64,000 bases of DNA from Cycas panzhihuaensis (Eukaryota; Plantae; Cycadophyta). Shown in pieces: positions 13,076 to 26,200 of the stretch. The position numbers and the translations under genes are program-made. Position 1 is the first letter of the stretch; every line of letters starts with the position of its first letter. The stretch covers positions 32,433,741-32,497,740 of the forward strand of contig CM041465.1 of NCBI GenBank assembly GCA_023213395.1, read 5' to 3'. Below the pieces are notes generated by a model. The model searched no databases. It was not told the origin of the DNA and saw only the letters and a list, made by a program, of their open reading frames with translations.

Positions 13076-14898
13076 TTTGGTTAGGATCATGGTAGAACAA
13101 AGGTCACATGGACAAATAAGAATTCTATCCTAACCAGAAAAATCCTCAATGAGGGAGGACACCTTAAAGCTTATCATGCAAGTAAGAAATTGATTATTAA
13201 AGTGTAAAGGAAAGAATAATTAGGGTAAGCACCTTGGAATAGTGTAAGAGGTCATAATAAGATGTAATAGCCTCATGTCATTATAATCCTAAATGAGGAC
13301 AAGAGGTAACTTATTGAAGGTATTAGAAATTATAATCACACACAATATAGCATAACTAGGAGCAAGATAATAACATCAAAGTAGCATCATAATGTAGCTC
13401 AACATATCAAAAATCATGATCATAACTCAAATATAATACAAAATCTCATACACTACATACATGATCTTTCATTCTATAATCTCTCATACTCTACATAATA
13501 TCTCATACTCTACATATATACTTATAGTCATTTTATAGGTATATGTGCCTCATTTATAACCAATCACATTTATTCTTTATATTAACTAAATCATATTTGG
13601 CCTTTATATTTAGCCACTCATTCATTTTTATCAATCAAATATATGTCTTTTGACTATTTATCTACTCATGTGATTTCATGTGTTCTCTGGAATTTGGTGA
13701 TTGAGCTTCGGTTATGGAAAAGTTCTGTAACAAGTGGTATCTGAAGCCAAATAGGTCTAAAAATTAAACTGCAATTAAGACAACATCTGCATTATTAAGA
13801 ATAATTCCAACAAAGTATTGCTGCATACAAAAATTTTGTTGCTAGTTGAAAAAAAAAAAATCCTATCTCCTACTACTAGCAAAGAAACTACTGGCTAAAC
13901 AAAAATCTTACTGGAGCTACTTCATCTAATATTGATTCCCTGCCATGATTCCATCAATTCAAGGATATTAATTATCCATATTGGGATCACTGCATTCTAG
14001 CCATAGTCATCGTTCTATACATTTTTTAGCTAACATTCTTCTTCTGTTCTAGTTCGCATTCTTGTTGCTGGGTTATAGCCCATTCTAGTTCTCATTCTCA
14101 TTGTTGAGTTGTTCTCATCTCATTCTCATTGCTAACAGTTACCTGTTAATCATTCTCATTGTTAATAGCACCCCCATTCTCATTCTCATACTTGTCTCAT
14201 TCTCGTTGCTAAGTTGTTCTCATCATTGTCATTCTCATTATCGTCTCTAAGCCATTCTTATCACTGCCATTCACATTCCATTCTATTTGCCATAGTGTCA
14301 TTGAAAGCTATCCATATCTATCATATAAACACCTCACCCGATATAACTTGACCATGGATATACAATCACGCACCTTATTAAAATTAGCATCCTGATCAGT
14401 ATCGAAACATTGTGGTGTCTCCCATTAGATGGGTTAACTAATACAATTGGTTAGTAGACTACCACAATTACTTCAACGTTGATGCATATGTTGTCACTAG
14501 TCTATGTAGCTTGGCATTATTATTCTACCGTATCATTGTTCAGTCCTTATTCCCCATCTCTATCTCACTCTGTCTTTGTCACCATTGCATTCTATTTTTC
14601 AGTTTTATCAGTCCAGTGTCCACTACATTCACGCCAATCATAACATCTTGCAACGTCTTGTGTTGATCCAAATTTGAATGGAAAAGTAATGACTTAATCC
14701 AATCGAAACAAATTTAGAACAAATTTACAATAATATTACATTAATTTGAAGATATTTGAAACTTCTCTTACAAAATTTGTTATGTTTATGCTCTTTTGAG
14801 CATGAAAAAGAACTGCTACAGCAAATTAGGAGAGAAGAAAAGAGTGTTGGGCACTTTTTGGCTGTTGCACGTTCTCTAGAACCATTGTTACTAAAGTT

Positions 14899-15624
14899 TG
14901 CATGGAGTTTTGGTTGCTGATAACCAAAAGAATCCTTTTCTTAGAGAAGAATTCTACCAGCATCTCTTTCTTGGACTGCTGCGGCTACTATTTTCCTCCC
15001 TCAGCTGCAACTATGCCTTCTAGGACTCCTTCACTATCCCCATGAATGGATTTGGGTGCAGCTCTGTCGCTCCTTATGCACTTCCATTTCGTTTTCTCTC
15101 CTACGCAGAATATCTATTTTTGGAGCCGTTCTCTCTTTTCTAGAAAGTAATTTTTGAAGAACTTTCCTCAAATCTTGCTCCTTGGATGTGTCTATGACTA
15201 CTGGTGTCCTCTCTCATTCTCTCCACTCCTCTATGAAGAGATCTCACTACTTTAAAACCCTACAATATGCAGTTTCTTTCCGCAACATTTTTCTGTTTAG
15301 TAGTTCTTCAACGGATTCATAATGGCTAATGAAATCTCGCTTAAATCCATTTAATTAGGAGATTGATCTCTTTAATCATGTAGAGGACACGTGTGAAAAG
15401 ATCCTCCTAAAATTCCATGTGAAATGGACTTCGTTTCCCCTGCCAAAAACGCTGTTATTTTTTAAACTTTCTGTTTTTTATTTTCTACAGCCTGCGGAGT
15501 TGCACCTACAGTCAGCAGGGTTGTGCCTACAAATTTCATGGTTGTAGTTCATTGCACTTGTAGACTAGTCAATCGCTTAGTTGTAGTTACAATTGCACCT
15601 TTTAAAGATCCAAAAAATAGATCA
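14899..15624 (-). repeat. 3' LTR of the CRM-like Gypsy
   Basis: Colinear with 20335-21069 and abuts the PPT. Confidence 0.85.
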
Positions 15625-15689
15625 AAACTCCCATTTTTTAGCAGTTCATGGCCTCATGAACTTTATAGTTGTAGATGAGGGAATTTAAT

Positions 15690-18600
15690 TTTCCCTATAC
15701 TTATTGTACCATTTTGCCTTGTTAGGTACTTATCCTTTTTTTGTAATTCTGAAGGACTCGATTATGCCTCTTCGAGTCTTGGTCTACTTCCTTTAAAGAA
15801 TACAATCATTTTACATTGGTTCCTTTTTCTCTATTCGCAACTCCTCTGGATTTGGTAATAGTGGAACTCCATCTCCATCTTCATCCAACATGGATGGCTT
15901 GAACATCTTCAGATTATTAACATTCACTATGGAATACATCTTCATGAATTCTAGAAGTTCAAGCTAGAAAGCATTTTTCCCAATTTTCTTCAAGATTGTA
16001 AAAGGACCATAACGTATAGGCTTTAGCTTTTTGCCTTCACCTTGCAATCATTTCTTACTGAGGTGTAACCAAACTCTATCTCCTTCCTTAAAGGAATGGC
16101 TAGTTCTATGTGCATCATGCCATTGTTTGTATCTCTATTAAGATTTTTGAAGCTTCTCTTCAACCTGTTCATGGATTTTTCTGATTTTTTCCAAGAATCT
16201 TTGTGCCTTTTCATCTCCTTCTTCCTCCTTTCCATTTCCTACAGAAAGTTGAGTAGAAAGTTCTAGATCAAAAGGACTTGTAGGCAGAAATCTCAAACAT
16301 ACCTCAAATGGTGATTTATGGGTTGAGCTATGGATAACTCTATTGAATGTAAATAGAAAGTATGGGAGACCTTCATCCCAAGCCTTGGGATACTTGGCAT
16401 TGTATCCTCGTAATAGTTGTACCAGTGTCCTGTTGATAATTTCAATATGGTCGTTTGTTTGAGGATGAAAAGTTGTACTCGTCTTTAGCTTCGTATCCAT
16501 CATTTCCCAAAGTGTTTGCCAAAAATAACTTAGAAATCTGTTGTCTCAATCAGAAATGATTGAGTTGGGAAGTCCAAAATGCTTCCAAACATGCTGGAAA
16601 AATAATCTAGTTATGTCTTCTCCTATATGTGTCTTTTTACAGGGAATCAACATCACCATTTTACTAAACCAATCAACAACTACAAATAAATAATCCATAC
16701 CATTTTTTGTTCGTGGTAGTCCTCTAAGGAAATCCATGGAGATACTCTCCCATGGTCATGATGGAATAGGAAGTGGAATGTATAATTCAAACTTCCTATT
16801 AGCTGGCTTTGATGTGCTACATAATGTACACCCTCATACTACTATAGTCACATCTTGCTGCATATTTAGCCAATACATATATCACTGCAATTTTAGCAAT
16901 GTCTTTACTCCAAAGTGTCCTGCAACTCGAGAGGTATGAGCTTCTCTTACCTACTTCATTTAGTCTGCATGCTTTGGAATGCAAACCTTGTCTTACTTGA
17001 AAAGAAGGCCATATTTCAGTTGGAAATTAGCAACTACTTTTCCTCATCAGAAATGTCAAGATAGGCTTGAATACCTCATCTTTCCAGTACAAATCAACAT
17101 ATTCATCGTGGTAGAAAGATTGAAATTGCATAGCTACTAACAAACTAGAAATACCTTACTGTAAGTTTGCAATTTTATTTTTCGTTCCTTTTTTGTACTT
17201 AACCACGATGTGGAACTGCTACAAATAGGACATCTACTTCATGTGCCTAGCCTGCTATAGTTTGGACTGAGTCTGCAAGAATTGCAAAGGCTTGTGGTTA
17301 GTGTGGATGACCACTTCTTTTCCCAACAAATATGGTCTCCAATGCTTCACTGATTAGTGCAATGCATAGAGCTCCTTATTGTAAGTTGGGTAGTTTATAA
17401 TAGCTCCATTAAATATCTCTAAATGGTATGCTATCAGTTTTCCTTCTTGCTTTAATACTACTCCCATGGCATAGCCTGAAGCATCAGTCTCCAATTCAAA
17501 TGGTTTTTGTAATGAGGGTAAAGCTAACACTGGTGCCTCATAAATTTTCTGCTTCAAAAGCCTGAAAGCTTTTTCTTATTCATTCTCCCAATGAAACTTT
17601 ACATGTCCTCCCAGCAATGCATGAAGAGGTGTTGCAATTTGAGAGAATATGAAAATAAATTTTCTTAAATATTGGCATGCACCAATGAAACTTCTTACCT
17701 CTGTGGTTGTCTTGGGTATGGGCCAATTGAGAATGACTTTAATCTTTGCTGGGTCAATCTTCAATTCTCCTCCTCCAAACATGAAACCTAAGAAGATGAG
17801 AGATTGCTTTCTAAACTCACACTTCTTCAGATTTAGTTTCAACTACTGCTCTTGGAGAACTTTGAGCACTTGCTCGACATGTTGGATGTGCTCCTCCCAT
17901 GTATGACTAAAAATTAGAATATCATCTAGATAAACAATTACAAAGTCATCAATGAAAGGTCTTAATACATCATTCATTAACCTCATGAAGGTGGCAAGTG
18001 CATTGCATAGACCAAATAGAATCACTAACCATTCAAACAATCCTTGCTTCGATTTGAAGGCTGTCTTCCAAGTATCCTCCTCTCGGATTTGAACTTGATG
18101 GTAGCCTGATTTTAGGTCCAATTTGCTGAAATACCTTGCCAACTACAGCTGGTCCAATAAGTCATCTATCTATGGTAAGGGATGTCTATTCTTTATGGTG
18201 ATCTTGTTCAAAGCCCAGTAGTCAATGCACATTCTCCATCCTCCATCTTTCTTTGGCACCAAAATAATAGGTGAACCACATGGGGAACAACTTGGCTTGA
18301 TCACTTCTTGTTCCAAGAGTTCTTGAATCTGCCTCTTAATCTCTTCATTCTCCAAAACTGAGTTTTGGTAGAGACTAAGATTTGGCAAAGGTGAATCAGC
18401 AACCGACTAGATTTCATGTTCAATTACCTTTTTAGGGGGCAGCCCTTTTGGCTCTTAGAATACATCATTGTACCTATTTCTTAGGCCTTCAATCTACTCC
18501 ACTTACTTCCTATCTAGTGCTTGTATTGAGGACTCTACTTACTCTTTTTCTTCCACCTTTGGATTTATCATCAACAGCATAAACTTCCTATAAGCATTAA

Positions 18601-18990
18601 TCAATATTTTTGCTTGTTGAGAAGATATGAGAGAGATCTTCTTTTGTGGGTTTAATGCATTGATCATATATGATTTCCTGTCTTTGATGAGTCGAATCTT
18701 TCTCAGCCTTCTATGATGAACTTCATCTCTATCATAGAGATATGGGCTGCCAAACACAACTTGACAAGCATCCAAAGGGACTACTTCACATTCAACTTCA
18801 TCAATGAACTTTTTAGATATTGCAAATTTAAACTTATATTGGTGAGTAACCTGCAACTCTAAATCTTTTTGCAGCCATCCCAAAGGATATGATTTTGGAT
18901 GTGCATGTATTTTTAATCCCAGTTTCTTTACCAATGCTTCTAAGATTAAATCCTTTTGGCTTCCTCCATCAAAGATGACATCAACCATAC
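15690..18990 (-). pseudogene. pol: Gypsy pol relic (protease, RT, RNase H, integrase, C-terminal extension)
   Basis: VDVIFDGGSQ (PR); [18 protein letters not shown] and [10 protein letters not shown] (RT); LETDASGYAMG (RH); MDFLRGLPRT, FGLPNSIISD and FHPQTND (INT). Many in-frame stops. Confidence 0.95.
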
Positions 18991-19199
18991 TTTACTTCAC
19001 TTGGATTCTTAACATGAAGAGCTCCTCTCTAATCTCTGGATCAACTTGCTGATGGTTATTTTTAGCCTCCGCATTAGCCATGAGCATTAACTTCTCATTG
19101 GCTTCTTCAATGCCACAAACATCTTCATCGCCCACAGAGTTAAGTAAAGCTTTACCTTTAGTTTTAGCTTTACCTTTTCCCTTGTTCTTGGGTTGTTTC

Positions 19200-20152
19200 T
19201 CTGGGTGTAGGAACTAATAATCTTCTATGCTGTGACCTGCTCGCTTGCAATAAGTACAAGTGACTTTGATTTGGGTGGTATTGGCTTGTTTCTTCTTGTC
19301 AAAACCCCTAATGGATTGTTGTCCTATTTTACCTGGAAACCTCATTCCTCGAGCAGGTTTATTACTACCTTCTTGAGGTGCAAACCTTTTCATCTCAGCA
19401 TAAGCCTTCTTGTTCCTCTTTTCTATAGCAATCGCCTTCTTGCTAGCTTCATCGGACGATTTAACTTTAAACAGTTGAAGTTCTTGTTGAATATATTGGT
19501 GCAACCCTCTAATATATTTTAGCATAATGTCTTTACCCAGTAAAGAGATTCCCAACACAATAGCTTACTTTTGAAATTTTGTTGTGTAGTCTTAGACATT
19601 TTGGCCTCTTTCCTGTCGATAATATTGCCATTTAATCCTCTGTTGCTCTTCATACCCAATATGATAGAATTACTTCTTTATGAGGATTTTAAATTGTTAC
19701 CAAGTAATTTCATTTACATTATGGGATTTAAGATATGTATTCCACTAAACTAATGCATGCTTAGATAATTTTAACCTAGAAAAAGTAATTTTTTGTTGGT
19801 TTTTATACCCATAAATGGAAAAATATATTTCTAGTTGGTCTAACCAGCCATCTAACTTTTTGGCATCTAAAGTTCCATCATAGATAGGCAGTTTAAGTTT
19901 TGCCTCTACCTTGAATGGATGTGTTATTATCATCGGATTGTCATCTTCTTCCTCTTCTTGTTGGTCTTCTACCAGCTCTTCATTTGTATCCTCTTTCATC
20001 GGTTCATCTTCTTCCTTCTTTACGGCTTTCACTGTTGAAGAAGAAGTTGTAACTTGTTGAGAGACTAGTTGCACCACAAGTTGGGTTAGTTTGTCAAGGT
20101 TTTGCTCCATCTTCATGAACCTTTCCTCTATCTTTTGCTCTAGGTCAGCCAT
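19200..20152 (-). pseudogene. gag: Gypsy gag relic
   Basis: KVEAKLKLPIYDGTLDAKKLDGWLDQLEIYF and the CTYCKRAGHSIEDY knuckle. Confidence 0.9.
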
Positions 20153-20332
20153 CTTCCTTCACTGTCTATATTCTTTCTCAAGTGGTTTGGTTAAAGGTTC
20201 GCCAGTCAACAAATATTGAAATCTAGTTTTCTTAAAAAAATTTCACAATGAAAGCAAGAGGGTTTTTCTTTTCTTTTCTCTTTAAAAATCCCTAAGTTCC
20301 CAAGGATTTTAAGAAAACTAGCTCTGATACCA

Positions 20333-21069
20333 AACATGGAGTTTTGGTTGTCGATAACCAAAAGAATCCCTTTCTTATAGAAGAATTCTACCGGTGTCTC
20401 TTTCTTGGACTGCTACGGCTATTATTTTCCTCCCTTAGCTGTAACTATGCCTTCTAGGGCTCCTTCACTATCCCCACAAATGGATTTTGGTGCAGCTATG
20501 TCCCTCCTTATGCACTTCTATTTCGTTTTCTCTCCTACACAGAATATCTGCTCTTGGAGTCGTTCTCTCTTTTCTGAAAAGTAATTTTTGAAGAACTTTC
20601 CTCGAATCTCGCTCCTTAGACAATGTCTATAACTGCTGGCATCCTCTCTCATTCTCTCCTCTCCTCTGTGAAGAGATCTCGCTACTTTAAAATCCCACAA
20701 TATGCAGTTTCTTTCTGTAACATTTTTCTATTTAGTAGTTCTTCAATGGATTTATAACGGCTAATGAAATCCCACTTAAATCCATTTAATTAGGAGGTTA
20801 ATCTCTTTAATCATATAGAGGACATATGTGAAAAGATCCTCCTAAAATATTGTGTAAAACAGACTTCGTTTCCCCCACCAAAAATGCTGTCATTTTTTAA
20901 ACTTGTTGTTTTCTATTTTCTGCAGTCCACGGAGTTGCACCTGCAATCAATAGGGTTGCACCTCAGTTAGCAAGGTTACACCTCATTCAGCAGGGTTGCA
21001 CCTCAGTCAGCAAGGTTGCACTTGTAGTCAACAGGGTTACGCCTACAAATTTCGTGGCTGCAGTTTGTT
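20333..21069 (-). repeat. 5' LTR of the CRM-like Gypsy (outer ~70 bp missing), with an expanded 20-21-bp minisatellite at 20933-21047
   Basis: Aligns to 14899-15552. The GGTTGCACCTCAGTCAGCA(A/G) unit is present about 5.5 times versus about 1.5 times in the other LTR. Confidence 0.85.
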
Positions 21070-21332
21070 TGTTATAACATATTAACTCATTATATTATTT
21101 AATAACTATATTACATATAGCATAGTTCACTCCATCATATTCTCCATTATTCATTTTTATACTAAATTCACTATATCATATAAGTCACTATATTTTTTAA
21201 TAGTTATAAAACTCCTTAATTATTTCATAATATAGTGGCAACATTCCATTAGTTACATTTTATTAACTAGCACTCATATATTATTTCATATACCATTATT
21301 ATATATAATATATACTATATAATTATTTAACA
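21070..21332. mobile_element. Possible AT-rich solo LTR
   Basis: TGTTA...TAACA termini. Begins exactly where LTR homology of the CRM-like element stops. No TSD seen. Confidence 0.35.
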
Positions 21333-21738
21333 TCATTATATTAAAAAAATGGGAAGGGGGGTTAAATTTGATAATTAAATTATCAATGCTTATATTTTAA
21401 AATTTATTTTAATTTATCACACATACATTTTAAGAGTCAAATTATTACCCCAATTTATACAAGCATTAAAGGTGAAACTTACAACTTTAAAAGTGAAATA
21501 TATTATCAATCAAATATTAGGCGGTGGAGGAACTATAACTTTGACAAGCAATAAAGCTTATCTTGGCAATTCTTATATTATGCTTCACATATACGTATTC
21601 AATCAATATCTCCTTGATAAGTGGTGGGATAAAATTCTTTGTCTTATTAATACAAATATGATGAATTAACATACTATTACAAAAGGAAAGTAGTGGAATT
21701 GTACTCATACTATTATTAAGATGATAAGTACTAAAGAG

Positions 21739-23340
21739 ATGGCAGACAACACCATTTAAAAAGATATTATCAAACTGATTACTCAAACAATCCATGAAGC
21801 AGTCCAGACATCAAACACTCTTTTAAATCATACATTGCATCAGATTTTAGATAAATTGACAATCATAGCAATGAGCAGGAGGGAAGGCATGATTGTTCTA
21901 GATTCAAAGGATGAGGCAATGAGTCAGTAGTCTCATATCAGAAATCAGACCATTAAAAAATATTCAAGTCCTCAAACGACTCCAATTAATACTGAAAACG
22001 AAGCTATCAAAAAATATCTTAATGAGTACCAAAATCTAACCCCTAAGGAACAAAAGATCATAGGATTTTAGGCACACTTTAACTGCCTATAAAATATACA
22101 GGCACAAAAAAAGAAAAAATTATAAAAAATTGTGATACAACATTTTAGCATTGAACAAAAATCATATGAGCTAAGGGTGTGGATCTAATAGATGGAAAAT
22201 TATTTTTGTTTAGTAGAAATTGACCCACTAGAGCAAGTCTCTTTAGCTACCCTACACATGGATGGAATAGCATGTGAATGGTGGTAATGTCTCGAATGAA
22301 CCTATTTTTGAGATCAACTACCAACCTGGAAAGAATTTGTGCATTTATTCATTGAGTGATTTGAAACCATATCTAATCATGAGTATTATTGTGAGTTACG
22401 AAAATTAAAGTAAACTAGTTCTCTAGAAGAATACAGTACAACATTCATGAGGCTAAGCTATGTGTTAGAAGATATTCTAACTAATTGACTTATCTAGTTA
22501 TATATAGATGGTCTGATTATAGAGATCTAAGCTGATATTAAAATTTAAGAACCAAAGGACCTTAACAAGGTAATATAGATAGCCAAAATACATGAAGATA
22601 AACATAATGCCTTACGCAAAACAGGCACAGATCTTTATATTCCTCTACATAGTTGATATAATCCTTTACCAAGTGCTCAACACAAATACATATCATTCAA
22701 CTTGAATTGGCCTACTAAAGCAATCATTCAAAAAATAAAAACAGAGCAAGAAGAGTTAAGAAGAAGAAACCTATGCTTCATATATGAGGAGAAATGGGAA
22801 CCTCAGAATAAATGTCAAAAGAACTAGTTATATACAATTAAATGACTGCCTGATGATAATATTGACGAAGAAGAACAAGGATCTAAAAATAATAAAGGAA
22901 ATTGTTATAATTTGGAACATTAAGAGAGCTACTATAATCTTGAGGCTAACCATCCGCAAATATCACTATCATTAATAAGTAGTTTTAATAAATCAAATAC
23001 ATTAAAATTGCAAGGATCTATAAAAAATCAAGCTGTAACAATCTTGATAGATTCAGGTAGCACACATAATTTTATTGATCAAAACTACACACAACAACTG
23101 AGATTATTTCCATTAAGGACTCCTCATTTCCAGGTCACTGTTAGAGGAATATAGGTAATCTCTGACCAAGGTATAATGAAGAACCTTAACATCATGCTAA
23201 ATGATGTCAATATTATAGAAGATTAATACATTGTTAATACTAGAGGTATAGATATTGTATTGGGAAGTCAATGGCTCAGTACACTTGGAACCTTCGAAAT
23301 GAATATGGATAAACAGTTTATGTGATTTAAGAAAGAAGGA
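21739..23340 (+). pseudogene. gag: Gypsy gag plus aspartic protease relic
   Basis: WI**MENYF, ATLHMDGIACEWW and PTWKEF gag motifs. KLQGSIKNQAVT-ILIDSGSTHNFID protease (core 23041-23079) and DIVLGSQWL. Confidence 0.88.
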
Positions 23341-23852
23341 AGAACCATCATGTTATCAAGAAAAAGATCGAACAAAACTAAAGTCATACCATGCAAGAAT
23401 CAGAGTGAAGAAGTCAAAAGGCAACCACAAGCACTCCAAAAACACAGTCAAGATTTTCAACCAAAGGAATATTCTAATAAATACCTACAACATCCATTTA
23501 ATCGCCTAATGGATTCGACTATAATGAAGGACAATGTACATTTAAAGGACTATAATTATTTGACTATGTTTCGTGGGCAAAATATCTTAAGAGGAATGAA
23601 TTGTTATAGACCTCTTTAAAAGAATTAATTAATTGTTGATTAAGTAAAAAGGCATATTCAAAGAGTTGTGACTTATGAGTAAAGGAGCCCATTATACACT
23701 TATAAATGAGGCTTCCAATGTATTGTATATCATTCATTTTTATCAATCAAATATATATCTTTTGACTATTTATCTACTCAATTGCTCTTGTGATCGTGTG
23801 TGTTCTCTAGAATCTAGTGATTGGGCTTTGGTTACGGAAAAGGTCTATAACA

Positions 23853-24295
23853 TCTTCACTTGATGTACCCAATTGATTTAAAAGATCTTAAACTCTAGTG
23901 ATAAAAGAATTAATAGATTCTGTAGCATACATCTTGAGATTCTTAAAATTCCTTCTCAAGGTTTGAATACTAGTATTTGTACTTTTTTCAAATGATATTT
24001 TCAAGCTAGTCCAAACAATATGAGAAGTATAGTGATTATAGATGCGAGGAAATATTTCATTAAGCATGTTATTGAATATGAAGATAATTACTTCATTATT
24101 TTTCCTTTCTAATTCTTCTTTCAACTTTTCTTGATCAAGAGTCAAATCAATAATAGGGGAAATAGAAATAGGAGTAGTACAACTTTTTGAAACAATCTTC
24201 TATAATTGCTTAGATTGTAAAGTAGGCTTCATTCTTCTTGACCATATGAAATAGTTGTATCTATCAAGCTTAGGAATTGACAATAAATTATCCAT
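23853..24295 (-). pseudogene. gag: Copia gag N-terminal part, cut by the Gypsy LTR
   Basis: MDNLLSIPKLDRYNYFIWSRRMK, then IFPRIYNHYTSHIVWTSLKISF...IQTLRRNFKNLKM...ESINSFITRV (UBN2-type). Confidence 0.85.
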
Positions 24296-25431
24296 GGTGA
24301 ATAAAATTTGAGCAACTTAAGATTTATAAAATTAACCACAATCAAGAGTACTAAAGAGAGAGAGAAAATAGACACACAAATATACCTTCAAAATGGGATA
24401 TGCACCACCAACACATCTCCCTTTAATTAGGACCACTTTCTACCTTCTTTGAATTTTATTAATGATCTTAATAAGGCTATCTCTAAGGTTTGAAATAAAC
24501 TTCCCTTAAGGCCAAATATTAAGTTATGATGTTTATGAAATATTGCTCAAAATATTACATTAAATGATCATCAAATGAATAGAAAATTGCTTTGTTGGTT
24601 ACTATGTAGGGCTCTAAACAAAGTGTCAAATTTCATTAAAAACATTTCAATGAAGAAAGCTCTAAAATACTTCAAAATGACCATCTTTAAAATGCCCTTC
24701 CAATGGTTTAGACTATTCATAAGTTAGACTCCTAGTTATAGAATTATAACAAAAAATGCATAGGTATCTCAAAACATGATTAAAAAAATAAATTAAAAGA
24801 ATTTTTAGCTCATTTCACTTTAGCACCTAGTCACTTGATAATTCTGTGTTTGGACAGAATGCCTAGTAAATAAACTATTATCGAAAAGAAATAGATAAGT
24901 GTTGTTTTATGTGCAAATGCTCTCAAGGAAAGTCATGACAAAGAATAAGGTTGACTTTTGGGTCACAGACATATAGATCTAACAAATTAGCTCATGAATC
25001 AGAAGAAACATTTGAAATCAATAGGTCAACTATGTTTAAAATAGACTGAAATAATTTTAAAATGGAGTCAAATGGGCTTAAATGTATTCAAATGGTGAAA
25101 ATAGTCTTTTGATTTATTTTTGACATATATTTAGAATGGAATAAAATGAACTTGAATGGACTTATCATTTTTATAAATGAAAATAAGGATTCAATCATAA
25201 AAGTAGGCCTTTGATAGATTTGTGATAGATTTCTTCCTTCAAATAATCTATATACCCCTCAAAAATAGGGTCAAATAAATATTGGAAGATTAATAATCAT
25301 AGAATTGATAAAAAAATAACTTATTTATGACTTATAGAGCATTCCTATTATAGCAATAGTATTTAGCAATCTTTGATTCAGTAGAACTTAGTCATGACAC
25401 CTCATTTTAGCTTTCATCTAAATTAAATACA

Positions 25432-25522
25432 CTCTTTCAACTTTTCTTCTTTACCATAAGCTCTCTTTCAACTTCTCTTCTTCACCATAAGCTCTCTTTC
25501 AACTTTTCTTTTTCACCATAGG
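25432..25522. repeat. 31-bp tandem repeat x3 next to the PBS
   Basis: CTCTTTCAACTT(T/C)TCTT(C/T)TT(C/T)ACCATA(A/G)GCT at 25432, 25463 and 25494. Confidence 0.9.
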
Positions 25523-25909
25523 CTTTTATACTAGATTGGAAAATGTAATCATACACATAAGATAGCTTAACTAAAATCAAGATGATAACATCAAAGTAGT
25601 GCCATAATGGAGCTTAACATATCAAAAATCATGATCATAACTCAAATCTAATATAAAGTCTCATACACTATATACATGATCTCAAATTATATAATCTCTT
25701 ATATTGTACATAATATATCATACTCTATATGTATATTGATAGTTATCTTATAGGTATATGTACCTAATTCACAACCAACTATATTTGTCCTTTATATTAA
25801 CCTAATCATATTTGGCCTTTATGTTGTCTAATTATATTTGGTCACTCATATATGACTTATAACTTAACAAATTATATCAAATGTGCATTACCTTCTAATA
25901 CTCCCCTAT

Positions 25910-26200
25910 AATACATATTTATATATATACCTAGATTTTATATGAGTTAGAGATGCTTATCCCTTAATAATGTCTTAGTGAGAATATTTATAACTTGGTC
26001 TTTTGTTTTGCATTGTTAAAAATGAACTTGTTAATTTTGAATGAGTTCTCTAATGTAATGATGTCTGATGTCCATGTGCTTTGTTTTGTTATGTATAACT
26101 AGATTCTTGGTCATTTGAATTATACTTTGATTATCACAAAAGATCATTGTTGGTTCTTATTGAGGTTGATGAAGGTCTTCAAGAATTCTTCTAATCCAAA
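25910..26200 (-). pseudogene. pol: Copia RNase H C-terminal relic
   Basis: KTKHMDIRHH and QVINILTKTL, immediately 5' of the PPT on the minus strand. Confidence 0.75.

Larger units (their letters stand above)
14899..21069 (-). mobile_element. Near full-length decayed Ty3/Gypsy retrotransposon, CRM-like
   Basis: LTR pair 14899-15624 and ~20333-21069 (the latter truncated). Perfect PBS (GCTCTGATACCA, 20321-20332), PPT (CTCCCATTTTTT, 15628-15639), and gag-PR-RT-RH-INT order. Confidence 0.92.
13618..23852 (+). mobile_element. Non-autonomous Ty3/Gypsy element with only gag and protease (TR-GAG-like), carrying a nested insertion
   Basis: The partial 5' LTR 13618-13732 matches the end of the 3' LTR 23602-23852 (11-bp TIR TGTTATAGACC/GGTCTATAACA). 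PBS TGGTATCTGAAGC at 13735-13747, PPT AAGAGGAATGAA at 23589-23600. No RT/RH/INT between protease and PPT. Confidence 0.8.

Noticed and set aside
16736-19753. Plus-strand ORFs opposite the Gypsy pol, and minus-strand ORFs opposite the LINE and Copia
   Set aside because: Antisense shadows of coding sequence.
20933-21047. CRISPR-like regularly repeated units (also 5535-5683 and 25432-25522)
   Set aside because: Contiguous tandem repeats without unique spacers, in eukaryotic retroelement context, with no cas genes.
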